Positions 9,251 through 19,078 of a stretch of DNA of 64,000 bases are shown one piece after another. The stretch covers positions 1,405-65,404 of the forward strand of contig JBDHWC010000004.1 in assembly GCA_039809985.1 (NCBI GenBank), written 5' to 3'. The translations under genes and the position numbers were made by a program. The DNA comes from Thermomicrobiales bacterium. GTDB taxonomy: Bacteria > Chloroflexota > Chloroflexia > Thermomicrobiales > UBA6265. Below the pieces are notes generated by a model. It saw only the letters and a list, made by a program, of their open reading frames with translations. It searched no databases and was not told the origin of the DNA. Position 1 is the stretch's first letter, and each line of letters begins with the position of its first letter.

Positions 9251-9392
9251 AGACCCTCCTCGTCGGTCGTCGTGGTCGAGCTCCTCTGGCGGGGATTATC
9301 GCCCGTCGTGGCGGGGCACGGCGGCGGTTGCGCTGACCCGCGCGTGGCCGCAAGATGCAGAGGGCCGCGTGAACCGGGGAGAACAGGGCGCG

Positions 9393-10052
9393 ATGGCGCG
9401 AGTGCAGGAGTTTCCGAACCTCCACGTCAGCCGCCACCCGTTGGTGCGGCACAAGGTCCGGCTGCTTGCCGACAAGCGGACCGAGCCGAAGCTCTTCCGC
9501 GAGCTCGTCTCCGAACTGACCGCGCTGCTGCTCTACGAGGTGACGGCTGACCTGCCGTTGCGACAGGTGACGTTCGACACGCCGTTGGAGGAGGCGGTCG
9601 GGAGCGAGATCGACGCCCGGATCGGCTTGGTGCCGATCCTCCGGGCCGGGCTGGGGATGACCGACGAAGCGCTGCGGGTGCTGCCGAACTGCGAGGTCTG
9701 GCATCTCGGCATCTACCGGGACGAGGCCACCCACCTGCCGGTCAGCTACTACAACCGACTGCCGCCGGCGTGCCCGGACGATGTCGTCATTCTGCTCGAC
9801 CCGATGCTGGCGACCGGTGGTTCGGCGACGGCGGCGACCGAGACCCTGAAGCGATGGGGCGCCCGCAAGATCGTCTTCGTCGGCCTGATCGCCGCCCCGG
9901 AAGGGGTGCGCCAGATGCTGGCCGAGCACCCCGACGTCGACATCCACGTTGCCCTGCTCGACCGCCAGCTCGACCACGACAAGTACATCCGACCCGGCCT
10001 CGGCGACGCCGGGGACCGGATGTACCGGACGCTCGGGGACCACGGCGGGTGA
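9393..10052 (+). CDS. upp: Uracil phosphoribosyltransferase
   Basis: It contains 'HPLVRHKVRLLADKRT', 'ILRAGLGM', 'ILLDPMLATGGSA' (PRPP loop) and 'YIRPGLGDAGDRMY'. ATG 9393 is preferred over the track start 9369. Confidence 0.9.
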   Translation: MARVQEFPNLHVSRHPLVRHKVRLLADKRTEPKLFRELVSELTALLLYEVTADLPLRQVTFDTPLEEAVGSEIDARIGLVPILRAGLGMTDEALRVLPNCEVWHLGIYRDEATHLPVSYYNRLPPACPDDVVILLDPMLATGGSATAATETLKRWGARKIVFVGLIAAPEGVRQMLAEHPDVDIHVALLDRQLDHDKYIRPGLGDAGDRMYRTLGDHGG

Positions 10053-10116
10053 GCGCGGGGCCGGCCGGTCCCGGCGCGGGTGAGCCGCGGCGGCCTCGGC
10101 TGCGTACTACTGGGCG

Positions 10117-10689
10117 ATGGGCGGATTGGCGATGACCGACGCGTCGGACGCCGACCTGATCGCCGCGGTGGCCGCGGGCCGTCAGGAGGCCTTGATGGCA
10201 CTCTACGACCGCCACGGCGGGATGGCCTACGGCCTTGCCTACCGGGTGCTCGGCGACGCGGGCACGGCCGAGGAGGCGGTGCAGGACGCGTTCCTGCAAG
10301 TGTGGCGACGGGCGGCGAGCTTCGACCTCGCGCGCGGCAGCGCGGTGCGCTCGTGGCTGCTGACCATCGTCCACCACCGGGCGATCGACCTGCTGCGGAA
10401 GCGGTCCGCCCGCTCCACACCGACGCCGCTCGAGGACGTCGCGGAGCTGCTCTCGGTGCCGAGCGCCTGGCCGGAGGTGGAGGCGACGCTCCTGCGCGAG
10501 CGGGTCCGGACGGCGATCGGCGCATTGCCGACCGAGCAGCGGCAGGCGATCGAACTGGCGTACTTCGACGGTCTGAGCCACCGCGAGATCGCGGAGCGGA
10601 CCGGCGACCCGATCGGCACCGTCAAGGGACGGCTGCGGCTCGGACTGCGGAAGCTTTCGACGATGCTGGCGGAACCGGGGGGCGCGTGA
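10117..10689 (+). CDS. ECF-type RNA polymerase sigma-70 factor
   Basis: Region 2 is 'AVQDAFLQVWRRAASFD'. Region 4 is 'LPTEQRQAIELAYFDGLSHREIAERTGDPIGTVKGRL'. Confidence 0.9.
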   Translation: MGGLAMTDASDADLIAAVAAGRQEALMALYDRHGGMAYGLAYRVLGDAGTAEEAVQDAFLQVWRRAASFDLARGSAVRSWLLTIVHHRAIDLLRKRSARSTPTPLEDVAELLSVPSAWPEVEATLLRERVRTAIGALPTEQRQAIELAYFDGLSHREIAERTGDPIGTVKGRLRLGLRKLSTMLAEPGGA

Positions 10690-10690
10690 G

Positions 10691-11416
10691 GTGGCGACGA
10701 CAACGACACCCCCCAGCCACGACGACCTGCGGGAACTGCTCGGGGCCTACGCGCTCGACGCGCTGCTGCCTTCCGAGCGCGTCGCCCTGAAGGCGCACCT
10801 CGCCACCTGCCCGGCGTGCCGGGAAGAACTGGCTGAGCTGAGGCGGGCGGTCGAGGCTCTCCCGTACCTCGCCGACGAGCGGCACCCGCCGGACGAGCTG
10901 CGAGACAGGATCGGCGCGGCGGTCGCCGCCGAACCGCGCGGTGCCACCGGCACGGCCGCGGGTGGGCCGATTTCGCTGGCGGAGGCACGCCGTCGCCGGC
11001 AGCCGGTCTGGTGGGCGTTGGCGACCGCGGCGCTGCTGCTGGTGTCGCTCGGCCTGGCGGGCTGGAACGTGGCGTTGCAGCGGCAGCTGAGCGCGATGAC
11101 GCCGCGGACGGTGGCACTGACGGCGACCGACGCCGGCCAAGGCGCGCGCGGCGCGGTGACGGTGATGCCGAAGGAGCAGGTGGTCCTGCTCAACGTCAGC
11201 GACCTGCCGCCGTTGCCCGCCAACATGGTCTACGAAGTCTGGATGATTCACCCGGACGGCACGCCGGTGCCGGGCGGCGTCTTCACCGGCCAGACCGCCC
11301 GCCACGCGATGGCCGCCGACCCCGCGAGCGTCGCCACCGTGGCGATCACCGCCGAGCCGGGCCCGACCGGGTTGCCAGCCCCCAGCGGCCAGGTGATGGT
11401 CGCAGCGTCGCTCTAA
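10691..11416 (+). CDS. Anti-sigma factor (zf-HC2 N-terminus, one TM, RskA-like C-terminal domain)
   Basis: It has 'HLATCPACREELAEL', the TM segment 'VWWALATAALLLVSLGLAGW' and 'YEVWMIHPDGTPVPGGVF'. It starts 1 nt after the sigma factor's stop. Confidence 0.8.
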   Translation: MATTTTPPSHDDLRELLGAYALDALLPSERVALKAHLATCPACREELAELRRAVEALPYLADERHPPDELRDRIGAAVAAEPRGATGTAAGGPISLAEARRRRQPVWWALATAALLLVSLGLAGWNVALQRQLSAMTPRTVALTATDAGQGARGAVTVMPKEQVVLLNVSDLPPLPANMVYEVWMIHPDGTPVPGGVFTGQTARHAMAADPASVATVAITAEPGPTGLPAPSGQVMVAASL

Positions 11417-11628
11417 CCGGGTGCCGCGACCGCGCCCGTCCGGGACCGACCCCCCCAACGCCGACCCGCTTCGCGCAGGTTGCTGGGAGGGCGGATTGGC
11501 GCGGCCATCGTTGCTTCCCTGCGAACGGTTCTAACGATCCATCGTAGACCTGAGCGGACCCCTGCTGCCGACGCCGCAGCGAGGTCAGTGGGCTGACCGA
11601 CGCCGACAATGGGGGTGCCTGTCGGAAC

Positions 11629-12011
11629 GTCGCCGCGCCGCGGCAATCCGGGGGTTCGGGGGAAGATCTGGCCCTTGGCCGATCTGGGTTCACCGTTCTT
11701 CTGCTACCGCCCGACAGGAGGTCTCCGTCGGGAAGCGGCCGCACCGCGGCAATCCGGGGGTTCGGGGGAGGGCTTTGGCCCTCCCCCGGTTCATTCTCTC
11801 CCCCTCTCCCGCCGCCGCGGGAGAGGGGGTTGGGGGGTGAGGGCGTCTCCGGCGGCCCCGGCCGCGAGGTGCGGCGACCGCTATCGATCAGGGTCCTCCC
11901 CGTGTCAGCCGACACCGCGGGACAGGGGGCGGGGGGTAAAGCGGCCCCGCCGGACCCGACAACGAGATGCGGACGCCGCTTGCGTTCGCCCCCCCTTGTC
12001 AGCCGCTGTCC
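11629..12011. repeat. Array of structured GC-rich repeat units, same family as 41456-41895 but in inverted orientation
   Basis: The segment 11700-11891 aligns by eye at roughly 85-90% to the reverse complement of 41456-41650. It contains the hairpins CCCTCTCCCGCC..GGGAGAGGG and GGGGAGGGC-TTT-GGCCCTCCCC. A degenerate unit lies at 11629-11700 and a partial forward-oriented unit at ~11892-12011. Confidence 0.7.
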
Positions 12012-12233
12012 GCCGTCCGCTGACTGACCGAGCGCGACACCGGCCTGAGAACGGCCCGAGACGATCGCCGCTCAGCCCGAGCGAAACCTGATCGCCGGCG
12101 TAGTGATCCAATGCCGGTCCGGGTTGCGTGATACCGGCGTCCGCGGCTGCCGAGGGGGCAGCCGGGAAGTCCCTCGGGACGCGGCCGCCGATCCGGAGCG
12201 GTTGCCGGGCCCCGATCCGCGTGGAGGCCCGAC

Positions 12234-12959
12234 ATGCGCACCTATCACGATCAGCTGCTTAACGCCGTGGTGGCCGAGCGCCGCCGGATGACGCGTCGCT
12301 CGCTCCTCTCCCGCACCGTGACCCTCGCCGGCGGGGCGGCGGCCGTCGCGCTCCTCGCCCCGAACGGGCGGGCGTTCGCCCAGGACGCCACGCCCGACGG
12401 GATGACGGGCGGCGACATGATGGGGACGCCCGCCGCGGAGATGGGCGGGATGATGGCGTCGCCGTTCAAGGACGACCTCGAGGTCCTCAACTACGCCCTG
12501 ACGCTGGAGCATCTTGAGTACGCGTTCTACCGGGACGGGGTCGGCCGGTTCGAGTTCGGCAAGGACACCTTCGGGCTCTCGATCGACAAGAACCTGGCGG
12601 CGATCCGGGACCACGAGGGGGCGCACGTCAAGGCGCTGACGGACGTCATCGCCAGCCTGAACGGAACGCCGGTGGCCGAGGCGACGTACGACTTCGGGGA
12701 CGCCTACACCAACCCGAAGGCGTTCTTGGCGACCGCGGTCGCGCTGGAGGCGACGGGGGTCAAGGCCTACGACGGCGCAGCCCAGTACCTCGCCGACCGC
12801 GACCTGCTGACCGCCGCCGGCTCGATCGTGGCGATCGAGGCCCGCCACAGTTCGTACCTGAACCAGATCACCGGCGCGTCGCCCTTCCCCGGCCCGTTCG
12901 AGTCGACGCTGCCGCCGGACGAGGTGCTGAAGATCGCCGGTCCCTTCTTCGTCCAATAG
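12234..12959 (+). CDS. Ferritin-like domain protein (Ferritin_2-type), Tat-exported
   Basis: It has the Tat signal 'RRSLLSRTVTLAGGAAAVALLAPNGRAFA' and the motifs 'LNYALTLEHLEYAFYRDG' and 'IVAIEARHSSYL'. Confidence 0.75.
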   Translation: MRTYHDQLLNAVVAERRRMTRRSLLSRTVTLAGGAAAVALLAPNGRAFAQDATPDGMTGGDMMGTPAAEMGGMMASPFKDDLEVLNYALTLEHLEYAFYRDGVGRFEFGKDTFGLSIDKNLAAIRDHEGAHVKALTDVIASLNGTPVAEATYDFGDAYTNPKAFLATAVALEATGVKAYDGAAQYLADRDLLTAAGSIVAIEARHSSYLNQITGASPFPGPFESTLPPDEVLKIAGPFFVQ

Positions 12960-13015
12960 CCGCCCGGGCGGCCGGTCGCTCGCCGGCCCGCCGACACCGT
13001 TGGGAGGATCCGACC

Positions 13016-13546
13016 ATGACCGTTCGCGCGCAGACGATGATGATGTCCAACCCGGCCGACGTGCTCAACTACGCGCTGACGCTCGAGCATCTGGAGTACG
13101 CCTTCTACCGCGACGGGCTCGCCCGGTTCCCGGTCGAGACGTTCCGCGCCGCCGGCTTCGCCGCCCTGGTCCACGAGATGGTGGCGACGATCCGAGACGA
13201 CGAGAAGGCGCACGTCGACGCGCTGACCGCGGTGGTCACCCAGCTCGGTGGCACGCCAGTCGAGGAAGCGGAGTACGACTTCGGCTACGACGACCTCGCT
13301 GGGTTCCTAGCGACGGCGATGGCGCTGGAGAACACGGGGGTCAGCGCCTACCAAGGCGCCGCCGGCGACCTGATCGACCATGACGACCTGCTGACCGCGG
13401 CCCTGACGATCCACGGGGTCGAGGCCCGGCACGCCGCCTATCTCAACGCCCTGAACGGGACGTCGCCCTTCCCGGACGCGGTGAACCCGACACTGACCCC
13501 GGACGAAGTGCTGAAGATCGCGGGGCCGTTCGTCAAGGCGTCGTAG
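13016..13546 (+). CDS. Ferritin-like domain protein, paralog without a signal peptide
   Basis: It carries the same motifs, 'LNYALTLEHLEYAFYRDG' and 'IHGVEARHAAYL', and the same C-terminus 'DEVLKIAGPF' as the upstream gene. Confidence 0.75.
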   Translation: MTVRAQTMMMSNPADVLNYALTLEHLEYAFYRDGLARFPVETFRAAGFAALVHEMVATIRDDEKAHVDALTAVVTQLGGTPVEEAEYDFGYDDLAGFLATAMALENTGVSAYQGAAGDLIDHDDLLTAALTIHGVEARHAAYLNALNGTSPFPDAVNPTLTPDEVLKIAGPFVKAS

Positions 13547-13611
13547 GCGCAGTCACGGCGCGGTCGAGGGCGCGACCCTCGCGATGGCCGCCGGGCGCAC
13601 GGTTGGCGCAA

Positions 13612-13651
13612 CGCGAACGGGGCGGCTGGCATCTCAGCCGCCCCGTTCGCG
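13612..13651. terminator. Bidirectional terminator hairpin
   Basis: CGCGAACGGGGCGGCTG-GCATCT-CAGCCGCCCCGTTCGCG forms a perfect 17-bp stem between convergent genes. Confidence 0.7.
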
Positions 13652-13659
13652 TGCGATTG

Positions 13660-14178
13660 TCAGGGGCGCTGGCGGACCATCCAGCGGTGCGGGATGTCGC
13701 GGACCTTGTACGGCTCGCCGGCGGGGACGAAGCCGAGCCGTCGGTAGAGTCCCTCGGCGTGCTGCTGCGCGGCGAGCACGACGCTCGGCGCGCGCCGCTC
13801 GTCGGCGTGGCGGAGCAGGTCGCGGACGAGCGCGGTGGCGATGCCGCGGCCGCGCGCTTCCGGCAGGGTGGCCACCCACGCGATCAGCGCCTCGCCGCGG
13901 GTGCCGAAGCTGAGGGTGACGCGGCCGGTGGCGACGGCGGTGCGAGTTGGGCCGCCCGGTCCCGGCTCGACCGCGACCGCGAGCAGGACGAGGCTGCGCT
14001 GGTCGTCCGGGTCGAGCACCTGCGTCTCGACGATCCCCTGCTCCTCGGCGAAGACGCGTCGCCGGATCTCCAGCACCGACCGGTAGGCCGGTCCGTCGAC
14101 GGCGCGGACGATCTCGATCCGCGGCAGGGCGGCGGCGAGCGAGTGGCCCTCGGTGGCGGGAACGTGGCCGGCGGTCAT
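13660..14178 (-). CDS. GNAT family N-acetyltransferase
   Basis: Only the last 172 aa of the 1879-aa track ORF are real. The motif 'VATLPEARGRGIATALV...AEGLYRRLGF' is present. The ATG at 14178 overlaps the argH stop as ATGA. Confidence 0.85.
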   Translation of the reverse strand: MTAGHVPATEGHSLAAALPRIEIVRAVDGPAYRSVLEIRRRVFAEEQGIVETQVLDPDDQRSLVLLAVAVEPGPGGPTRTAVATGRVTLSFGTRGEALIAWVATLPEARGRGIATALVRDLLRHADERRAPSVVLAAQQHAEGLYRRLGFVPAGEPYKVRDIPHRWMVRQRP

Positions 14179-15644
14179 GGTTCGTCCTGGCGCGGCGGGG
14201 TGAGCAGGCGTTCGCGGGCGGCGCGCTGGCCCGCCACCCAAGCCGCCTCCTCGGCAATCTGGGCGCGGGCGTTGGCGAGGGCCTGGGCGACCCGGCCCGG
14301 GGCGGTGCCGCCGAGGATGTCGCGGGCGCTCACGCTCTCCAACGCGCTGAGCGGCGGCCGGGTCTCGGCGAAAACGGGGTGGACCTCGGCCCACTCGGCG
14401 TCGGAGAGGTCGGCGAACTCCTTCCCCTCGGCAATGCAGCGGGCAACGAGACGGGCAACGGTCTCGTGCGCCTCGCGGAAGGCGACGCCGTTGCGGGCCA
14501 GCAGGTCCGCGGCGTCGGTCGCCAGCGAGAAGCCGCCGACGGCCGCCTCGGCCAGTCGCTCGGTGTTGAAGCGGGCGGTGCGGAGCATCGGCGGGAAGAC
14601 GTCGAGGATGGCGAGGGTGGTGTCGACCGCGTCGAAGAGGTTCTCCTTGTCCTCCTGGAAATCCTTGTTGTAGGTGAGGGGCAGGCCCTTGGCGACGGTC
14701 AGCATCCCGACCAGGTGGCCGTAGACGCGGCCGGTCTTGCCCCGGGCGAGCTCGGCGACGTCCGGGTTCTTCTTCTGCGGCATGATCGAGCTGCCGGTGC
14801 TGAACGTGTCGGAGAGTTCGACGAAGCGGAACTCGCCGGTGGACCAGAGGATGATCTCCTCGCTCAGGCGGGAGAGGTGCATGGCGATCAGGGCGCAGGC
14901 GAAGAGGGTGTCGAGCACGTAGTCGCGGTCGCCGACGGCGTCGAGGCTGTTGCCGCTGATCTCGCCGAAGCCGAGGTCGGCGGCGGTCATCGCCCGGTCG
15001 ATCGGGAAGGTGGTGCCCGCAAGCGCCCCGGCCCCGAGCGGCGAGACGTCGGTGCGGCGGTGGGCGTCGAGCAGGCGGTCGAGGTCGCGCAGCAGCATCT
15101 CGACGTAGGCGTGGAGGTGGTGGGCGAGGAGGACCGGCTGGGCCCGCTGGAGGTGGGTGTAGCCGGGCATCACCGTGCCCGGGTGCGCCTCGGCGACGTC
15201 GAGCAGCGCCTCGACCAGTTCGATCACGCCGGCCATCAGGGAGACGATGGCGTCCTTGGTCCAGAGCCGGTAGTCGGTGGCCGTCTGGTCGTTGCGACTG
15301 CGCCCGGTGTGGAGCTTGCGGCCGACGTCGCCGACGATCTCGCGCAGGCGGCGCTCGACGGCGGTGTGGATGTCCTCGTCGCTGATCGAGACGGCGAACG
15401 CGTCGGCGTTGACCTCGTCGAGGATCTGCCAGAGGCCCCGCTCGAGCGTGGCGGCCTCCTCCGGCGCGACGATCCCTTGGTGTCCGAGCATCCGGACGTG
15501 GGCGACCGAGCCGCGGATGTCCTCGCGGGCCATCCGGCGGTCGAACATGATCGAGGCGTTGAACGCCTCGAGGCGCGCGTCGGGCGGCGTGTCGAACCGC
15601 CCCGCCCAGAGTTTCGCGCTCCCCGCCCCGGTGCCGCCCGCCAT
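14175..15644 (-). CDS. argH: Argininosuccinate lyase
   Basis: The start is ATG 15644 ('MAGGTGAGSAKLWAGRFD'). Motifs seen are 'GYTHLQRAQP' and 'GSSIMPQKKNPD', the fumarate-lyase signature. Confidence 0.95.
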   Translation of the reverse strand: MAGGTGAGSAKLWAGRFDTPPDARLEAFNASIMFDRRMAREDIRGSVAHVRMLGHQGIVAPEEAATLERGLWQILDEVNADAFAVSISDEDIHTAVERRLREIVGDVGRKLHTGRSRNDQTATDYRLWTKDAIVSLMAGVIELVEALLDVAEAHPGTVMPGYTHLQRAQPVLLAHHLHAYVEMLLRDLDRLLDAHRRTDVSPLGAGALAGTTFPIDRAMTAADLGFGEISGNSLDAVGDRDYVLDTLFACALIAMHLSRLSEEIILWSTGEFRFVELSDTFSTGSSIMPQKKNPDVAELARGKTGRVYGHLVGMLTVAKGLPLTYNKDFQEDKENLFDAVDTTLAILDVFPPMLRTARFNTERLAEAAVGGFSLATDAADLLARNGVAFREAHETVARLVARCIAEGKEFADLSDAEWAEVHPVFAETRPPLSALESVSARDILGGTAPGRVAQALANARAQIAEEAAWVAGQRAARERLLTPPRQDEP

Positions 15645-15807
15645 CGGTGCATCCTCCCGCGTCGTTGCCGGCGCGCCCGCCGGACCGGGCGGAGGATAGC
15701 ATCGCGCCTGAGCGGCGCACCGGCCCGTCCCCGCGCCGGGCGACGGTCCGGTGGCGGTACCATCGGGGCCGCGGGGCTGAGGACGACGAGACGACGAGGG
15801 GTGAGCG

Positions 15808-16800
15808 TTGGCGACGTTGGTGACGGGCGGCAACGGCTGGGTGCCGAGCCACATCGTGCGACGACTGGCCCGGCGGGGCGAGACGGTGGTCAGCTACGAC
15901 CTGATGCCGCCGGACGACGCGCTGCGCGAGATGCTGGGGCCGCTCGCGGAACAGGTGCGGTTCGAGGAAGGGGACGTCACCGACCGGGAGCGACTGCGGC
16001 AGGCCGCCGAGCGGCACGGGGTGACCGCGATCGTCCACGCCGCGGTGATCACGCCGCGCACCGACCGCGAGCGGCGGGAGCCGGAGCGGATCATCGGGGT
16101 GAACTACGGCGGCACCGTCAACGCGCTGGAGGTGGCGCGCGGCCTGCCGGGCTTGCGACGCTTCGTCTACGTCTCGTCCGGCGCGGTTTTCGGCGAGCAG
16201 CCGGCCGGGGCGACGAAGGTCGACGAGACGTCGCCGGCGAACGCGACCACGCTCTACGGGATCACGAAACTCGCCAGCGAGCGAACCGCCCTCCGCTACG
16301 GCGACCTGTTCGGGATGGACGTGGTCGCGCTGCGGCCGAGCAACGTCTACGGCCCGATGGAGCGCTTCACCCCCGGCTATGTCGGCGCGACCCAGCTGCG
16401 GGAGATGCTGCGGATCCACTTCGACGACCACCAGCCGATCAAGGTCGCCTCGTTGCAGGGGCCGCACCTCGACTGGACCTACGTGGAGGACATCGCCGAA
16501 GGGGTCGAGCGGGCGTGGGCGCACGAGGGGCCGCCGCCGCACCGCGTCTACTGCCTGACCAGCGGACGCCTCTACTCGATCGGCGAGGTGCTTGCCGCGT
16601 TCCAGCGCAACGTGCCGGGCTTGGAGTACCGCGAGGTGCCGCCGGCCGAGGCGAACTTCCCCGGCACCGCCGACGAGCCGCCGGGGCCGCTGCCGTCGAG
16701 CGCGCGGATGCTCGCCGACTTCGGCTGGGCCCCTTCGACGCCGTTCGAGGAGGGGATGGAGCGCTACCTCGGGTGGATCAAGGCCCATGGTCCCCAGTGA
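15808..16800 (+). CDS. NAD-dependent epimerase/dehydratase family protein
   Basis: It has 'LVTGGNGWVPSHIVRRL' (Rossmann GxxGxxG) and 'YGITKLASE' (YxxxK). Confidence 0.85.
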   Translation: MATLVTGGNGWVPSHIVRRLARRGETVVSYDLMPPDDALREMLGPLAEQVRFEEGDVTDRERLRQAAERHGVTAIVHAAVITPRTDRERREPERIIGVNYGGTVNALEVARGLPGLRRFVYVSSGAVFGEQPAGATKVDETSPANATTLYGITKLASERTALRYGDLFGMDVVALRPSNVYGPMERFTPGYVGATQLREMLRIHFDDHQPIKVASLQGPHLDWTYVEDIAEGVERAWAHEGPPPHRVYCLTSGRLYSIGEVLAAFQRNVPGLEYREVPPAEANFPGTADEPPGPLPSSARMLADFGWAPSTPFEEGMERYLGWIKAHGPQ

Positions 16801-16887
16801 GCGGCAGATGATTGACCCCCCGTTTCGGCCGGTGCTACGGTCGGCGGGAAGCCGGGCGGACCGCCCGGGGAACGGGGGACCGAGCGC

Positions 16888-17859
16888 GTGACGGAGTGGC
16901 GGACCCGCACCGGGCGGACGCGGCGGGCGGTGCTCGGCGCGTCGCTGGCGCTGCCCGCGGTCGCGTCGGCCCGCCTCGCCGCGGCCCAGACGGCCGCGCC
17001 GAAGCGCGTCACCGGTCAGGTGGTGGGCGCGCCGGGGGTCAACATCCGGTCGTGCGCGCGGACCACCTGCCCGGTCCGCACCGTGGTCAAGCTCGGCGAG
17101 GAGCTGACCGTGACCGGGGAGCGGGTCGACAACTACTTCCCGGTCGAGAAGGGGAACGTCGTCGGCTTCGCCTTCGACCTCTACGTGATGACCCCCGACC
17201 ACGTGCCGGAGCTGGTCCAGGGTCAGCAGGGGTGCAAGCGGGTCGGACTGATCTTCAACCTCGGCGTCGGCTACCCAATGCAGCTCGGGCCGCTGAAGGC
17301 GCTGAAGGCGAAGGGGGTCGCGGCCAGCGTCTTCCCGATGGGCTGGTGGGCGAAAGTGCCGGAGAACGCGGCGGCACTGCGGCAGATCGACCAGATGGGG
17401 TTCCTGATCGGCAGCCACGGCAACGACCGGAAGGAGCTGACCGGTCTCTCCGACGACGCGGTGCGGGCCGACATCGCGACCGCGGCCGAGATCATCACCT
17501 CGGTGATCGGCAAGCCGCCGCAGCCGTTCATGACCCCCTACGCGGCGGCGAGCGACGATCGGGTGCTCGGCCTGATCGGCAAGGCCGGCTTCCTGCCGGT
17601 CGGGTTCCGGGTGCCGGCGGCGGACTGGGACTTCGACGCCGACCCGAACGAGATCTTCATGAAGGTGGTGCCGAACGTGACCGACGGCGACCTGATCGAG
17701 TTCCACCTCGACGCGCCGGCGACGCCGCAGGCGACCGCCGTCGCGCTGCCGTGGGTCGTTGACCGGCTGCTCGAGAAGGGGTACACCTTCGTCACCGTGG
17801 CGGAGATGGCGCAGCCGTGTTCGCCCGCCGGCACCCCGCCGGCCACCCCCGCTGCCTGA
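16888..17859 (+). CDS. Secreted SH3b-like domain plus polysaccharide deacetylase (NodB-like) protein
   Basis: It has the Tat signal 'RTRRAVLGASLALPAVASARLAAA'. An SH3-like segment 'GVNIRSCARTTCPVRTVVKLGEELTV' follows. The C-terminal half resembles a deacetylase ('FPMGWW', 'IGSHGNDR'). Confidence 0.7.
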   Translation: MTEWRTRTGRTRRAVLGASLALPAVASARLAAAQTAAPKRVTGQVVGAPGVNIRSCARTTCPVRTVVKLGEELTVTGERVDNYFPVEKGNVVGFAFDLYVMTPDHVPELVQGQQGCKRVGLIFNLGVGYPMQLGPLKALKAKGVAASVFPMGWWAKVPENAAALRQIDQMGFLIGSHGNDRKELTGLSDDAVRADIATAAEIITSVIGKPPQPFMTPYAAASDDRVLGLIGKAGFLPVGFRVPAADWDFDADPNEIFMKVVPNVTDGDLIEFHLDAPATPQATAVALPWVVDRLLEKGYTFVTVAEMAQPCSPAGTPPATPAA

Positions 17860-17897
17860 ACGCTCCCCGCACCAGTGGCGCAGTGCCGATTCCCGCG

Positions 17898-17903
17898 TAT
17901 ACT
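17898..17903 (+). promoter_or_regulatory. Candidate -10 box (TATACT) for the nurA operon
   Basis: The only AT-rich hexamer in the 84-nt gap lies 41 nt upstream of the nurA ATG. The -35 is weak. Confidence 0.35.
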
Positions 17904-17943
17904 GAACGCATGTTCTGCGAGTGAACCGGCGCGGGAGGGGGCG

Positions 17944-19026
17944 ATGGCTGGCCACGACGGGAACTTCGCGCAGACGGTGACCCGAATTCAGCGCGACCTC
18001 GACCGGCTCGGGGTGCGGCAGGTCGACATGCGCCGCGCGCCCGCGCTGGAACTGCAGTACGCGGGCGGAATGGACCTCGGCACGGCACCGACCGGGCGCG
18101 GCAACGTCGGCGTCGAACCACTGGAGGGGCCGATCGAGGCGCGGAAGGTGCCGCCGCGCGATGGCGAAACGGGCATCCGGGCCTTCCTCGACGGGGCGCA
18201 ACGGACCTTGCCCGCGTTCCGGGTCGGCCTCGCCCCCGTCGTCGTCACGGTCGCCGCCGCCGCCATTCTGGAGCGGGACGAGCGCGGGGAGTGCCGGGTG
18301 CGGGCGGGGACGCTGCGGCTGGCGCGGGCGTGGCTGGTGCCGCACCTTCCCGGCAGCGCTGAGGTTGCCGCGCTCGTCGACCACCTGCACGCGAGCGGGG
18401 CGACCGTCGTCGACACCCTGACGGTCCGCGGCCCGGCGGCCTCGGACTCGGATGACCAGCCCGGCTTGGCCAAGGCCGACTACGGCCGGCTGACGGAACT
18501 CGCCTACATCGCCGCGCGGCAAGTGCGCGACGACCTCGAGCAACGACTGCTGGGCGAGTGGGAGGCGGGTCAGGCCGGAGACCCGGACGAGTGGATCGTG
18601 GTCGACGGCCGGCTGAAGCGCGAAGCGCCACGGGCGATCGGGCTCGTCAAGCAGTTCACGGAGACGCACTTGGACGGGGCTCAGGCCGAGATGCTGCTTG
18701 ACTTGCCGGAGGGGTACCGGACCACGGCGTTCCACCCGACCGACCGTCGGCGTGGCGGCGACCAGCCGGAGGCGCGGAGCCTCTGGTACCTCCGCCTCTG
18801 GAACTCTGAAGGGTTCGACGCCCGGCACGCCCTGGTCCGGCTGGAGACGCACCAGTCGGTGACCCGAACCGAGGAGATCGACCGCATCTCCTCGTGGGTG
18901 CTGTACGAGCGGACCCCGCGCGCAACCAGTGACGACCGGTGGGCGGTGCTGCTCTACCCGATTCACTTGCTGGAGCGCGCCTTGAAGCAACGGGTGGAGG
19001 CGGAGTGCCGGGGCTGGCCGACATGA
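17944..19026 (+). CDS. nurA: NurA-like 5'-3' nuclease domain protein
   Basis: The start is ATG 17944, preceded by GGGAGGGGG. NurA-like acidic motifs are 'IRAFLDGAQR' and 'WIVVDGRLKRE', with a C-terminal 'LLYPIHLLERALK'. It lies directly upstream of a HerA-type ATPase. Confidence 0.65.
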   Translation: MAGHDGNFAQTVTRIQRDLDRLGVRQVDMRRAPALELQYAGGMDLGTAPTGRGNVGVEPLEGPIEARKVPPRDGETGIRAFLDGAQRTLPAFRVGLAPVVVTVAAAAILERDERGECRVRAGTLRLARAWLVPHLPGSAEVAALVDHLHASGATVVDTLTVRGPAASDSDDQPGLAKADYGRLTELAYIAARQVRDDLEQRLLGEWEAGQAGDPDEWIVVDGRLKREAPRAIGLVKQFTETHLDGAQAEMLLDLPEGYRTTAFHPTDRRRGGDQPEARSLWYLRLWNSEGFDARHALVRLETHQSVTRTEEIDRISSWVLYERTPRATSDDRWAVLLYPIHLLERALKQRVEAECRGWPT

Positions 19027-19078
19027 CGACGACCTTCCGGATGAGCGGACACCGGACGCGAGCGCGGTGGAGCGGACG

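Noticed and set aside
11346-12111. ORFs inside the repeat arrays (11346-11915, 11609-12091, 41096-41941, 41178-41627) encoding 'PLSRGGGRGGE'-type peptides.
   Set aside because: They are read through palindromic repeat units on both strands. They have no start context and no consistent frame between copies, so I treat them as non-coding repeats.
17857-17943. The deacetylase ORF and the nurA track ORF are in the same frame, separated by a single TGA (17857-17859). This raised the possibility of a third Sec or read-through site.
   Set aside because: - The upstream protein is Tat-exported and ends in a Pro/Ala tail.
- The 84-nt spacer has no coding character and contains the only AT-rich promoter-like box.
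- nurA has its own strong ribosome-binding site and ATG at 17944.
- No Cys-like context surrounds the TGA.
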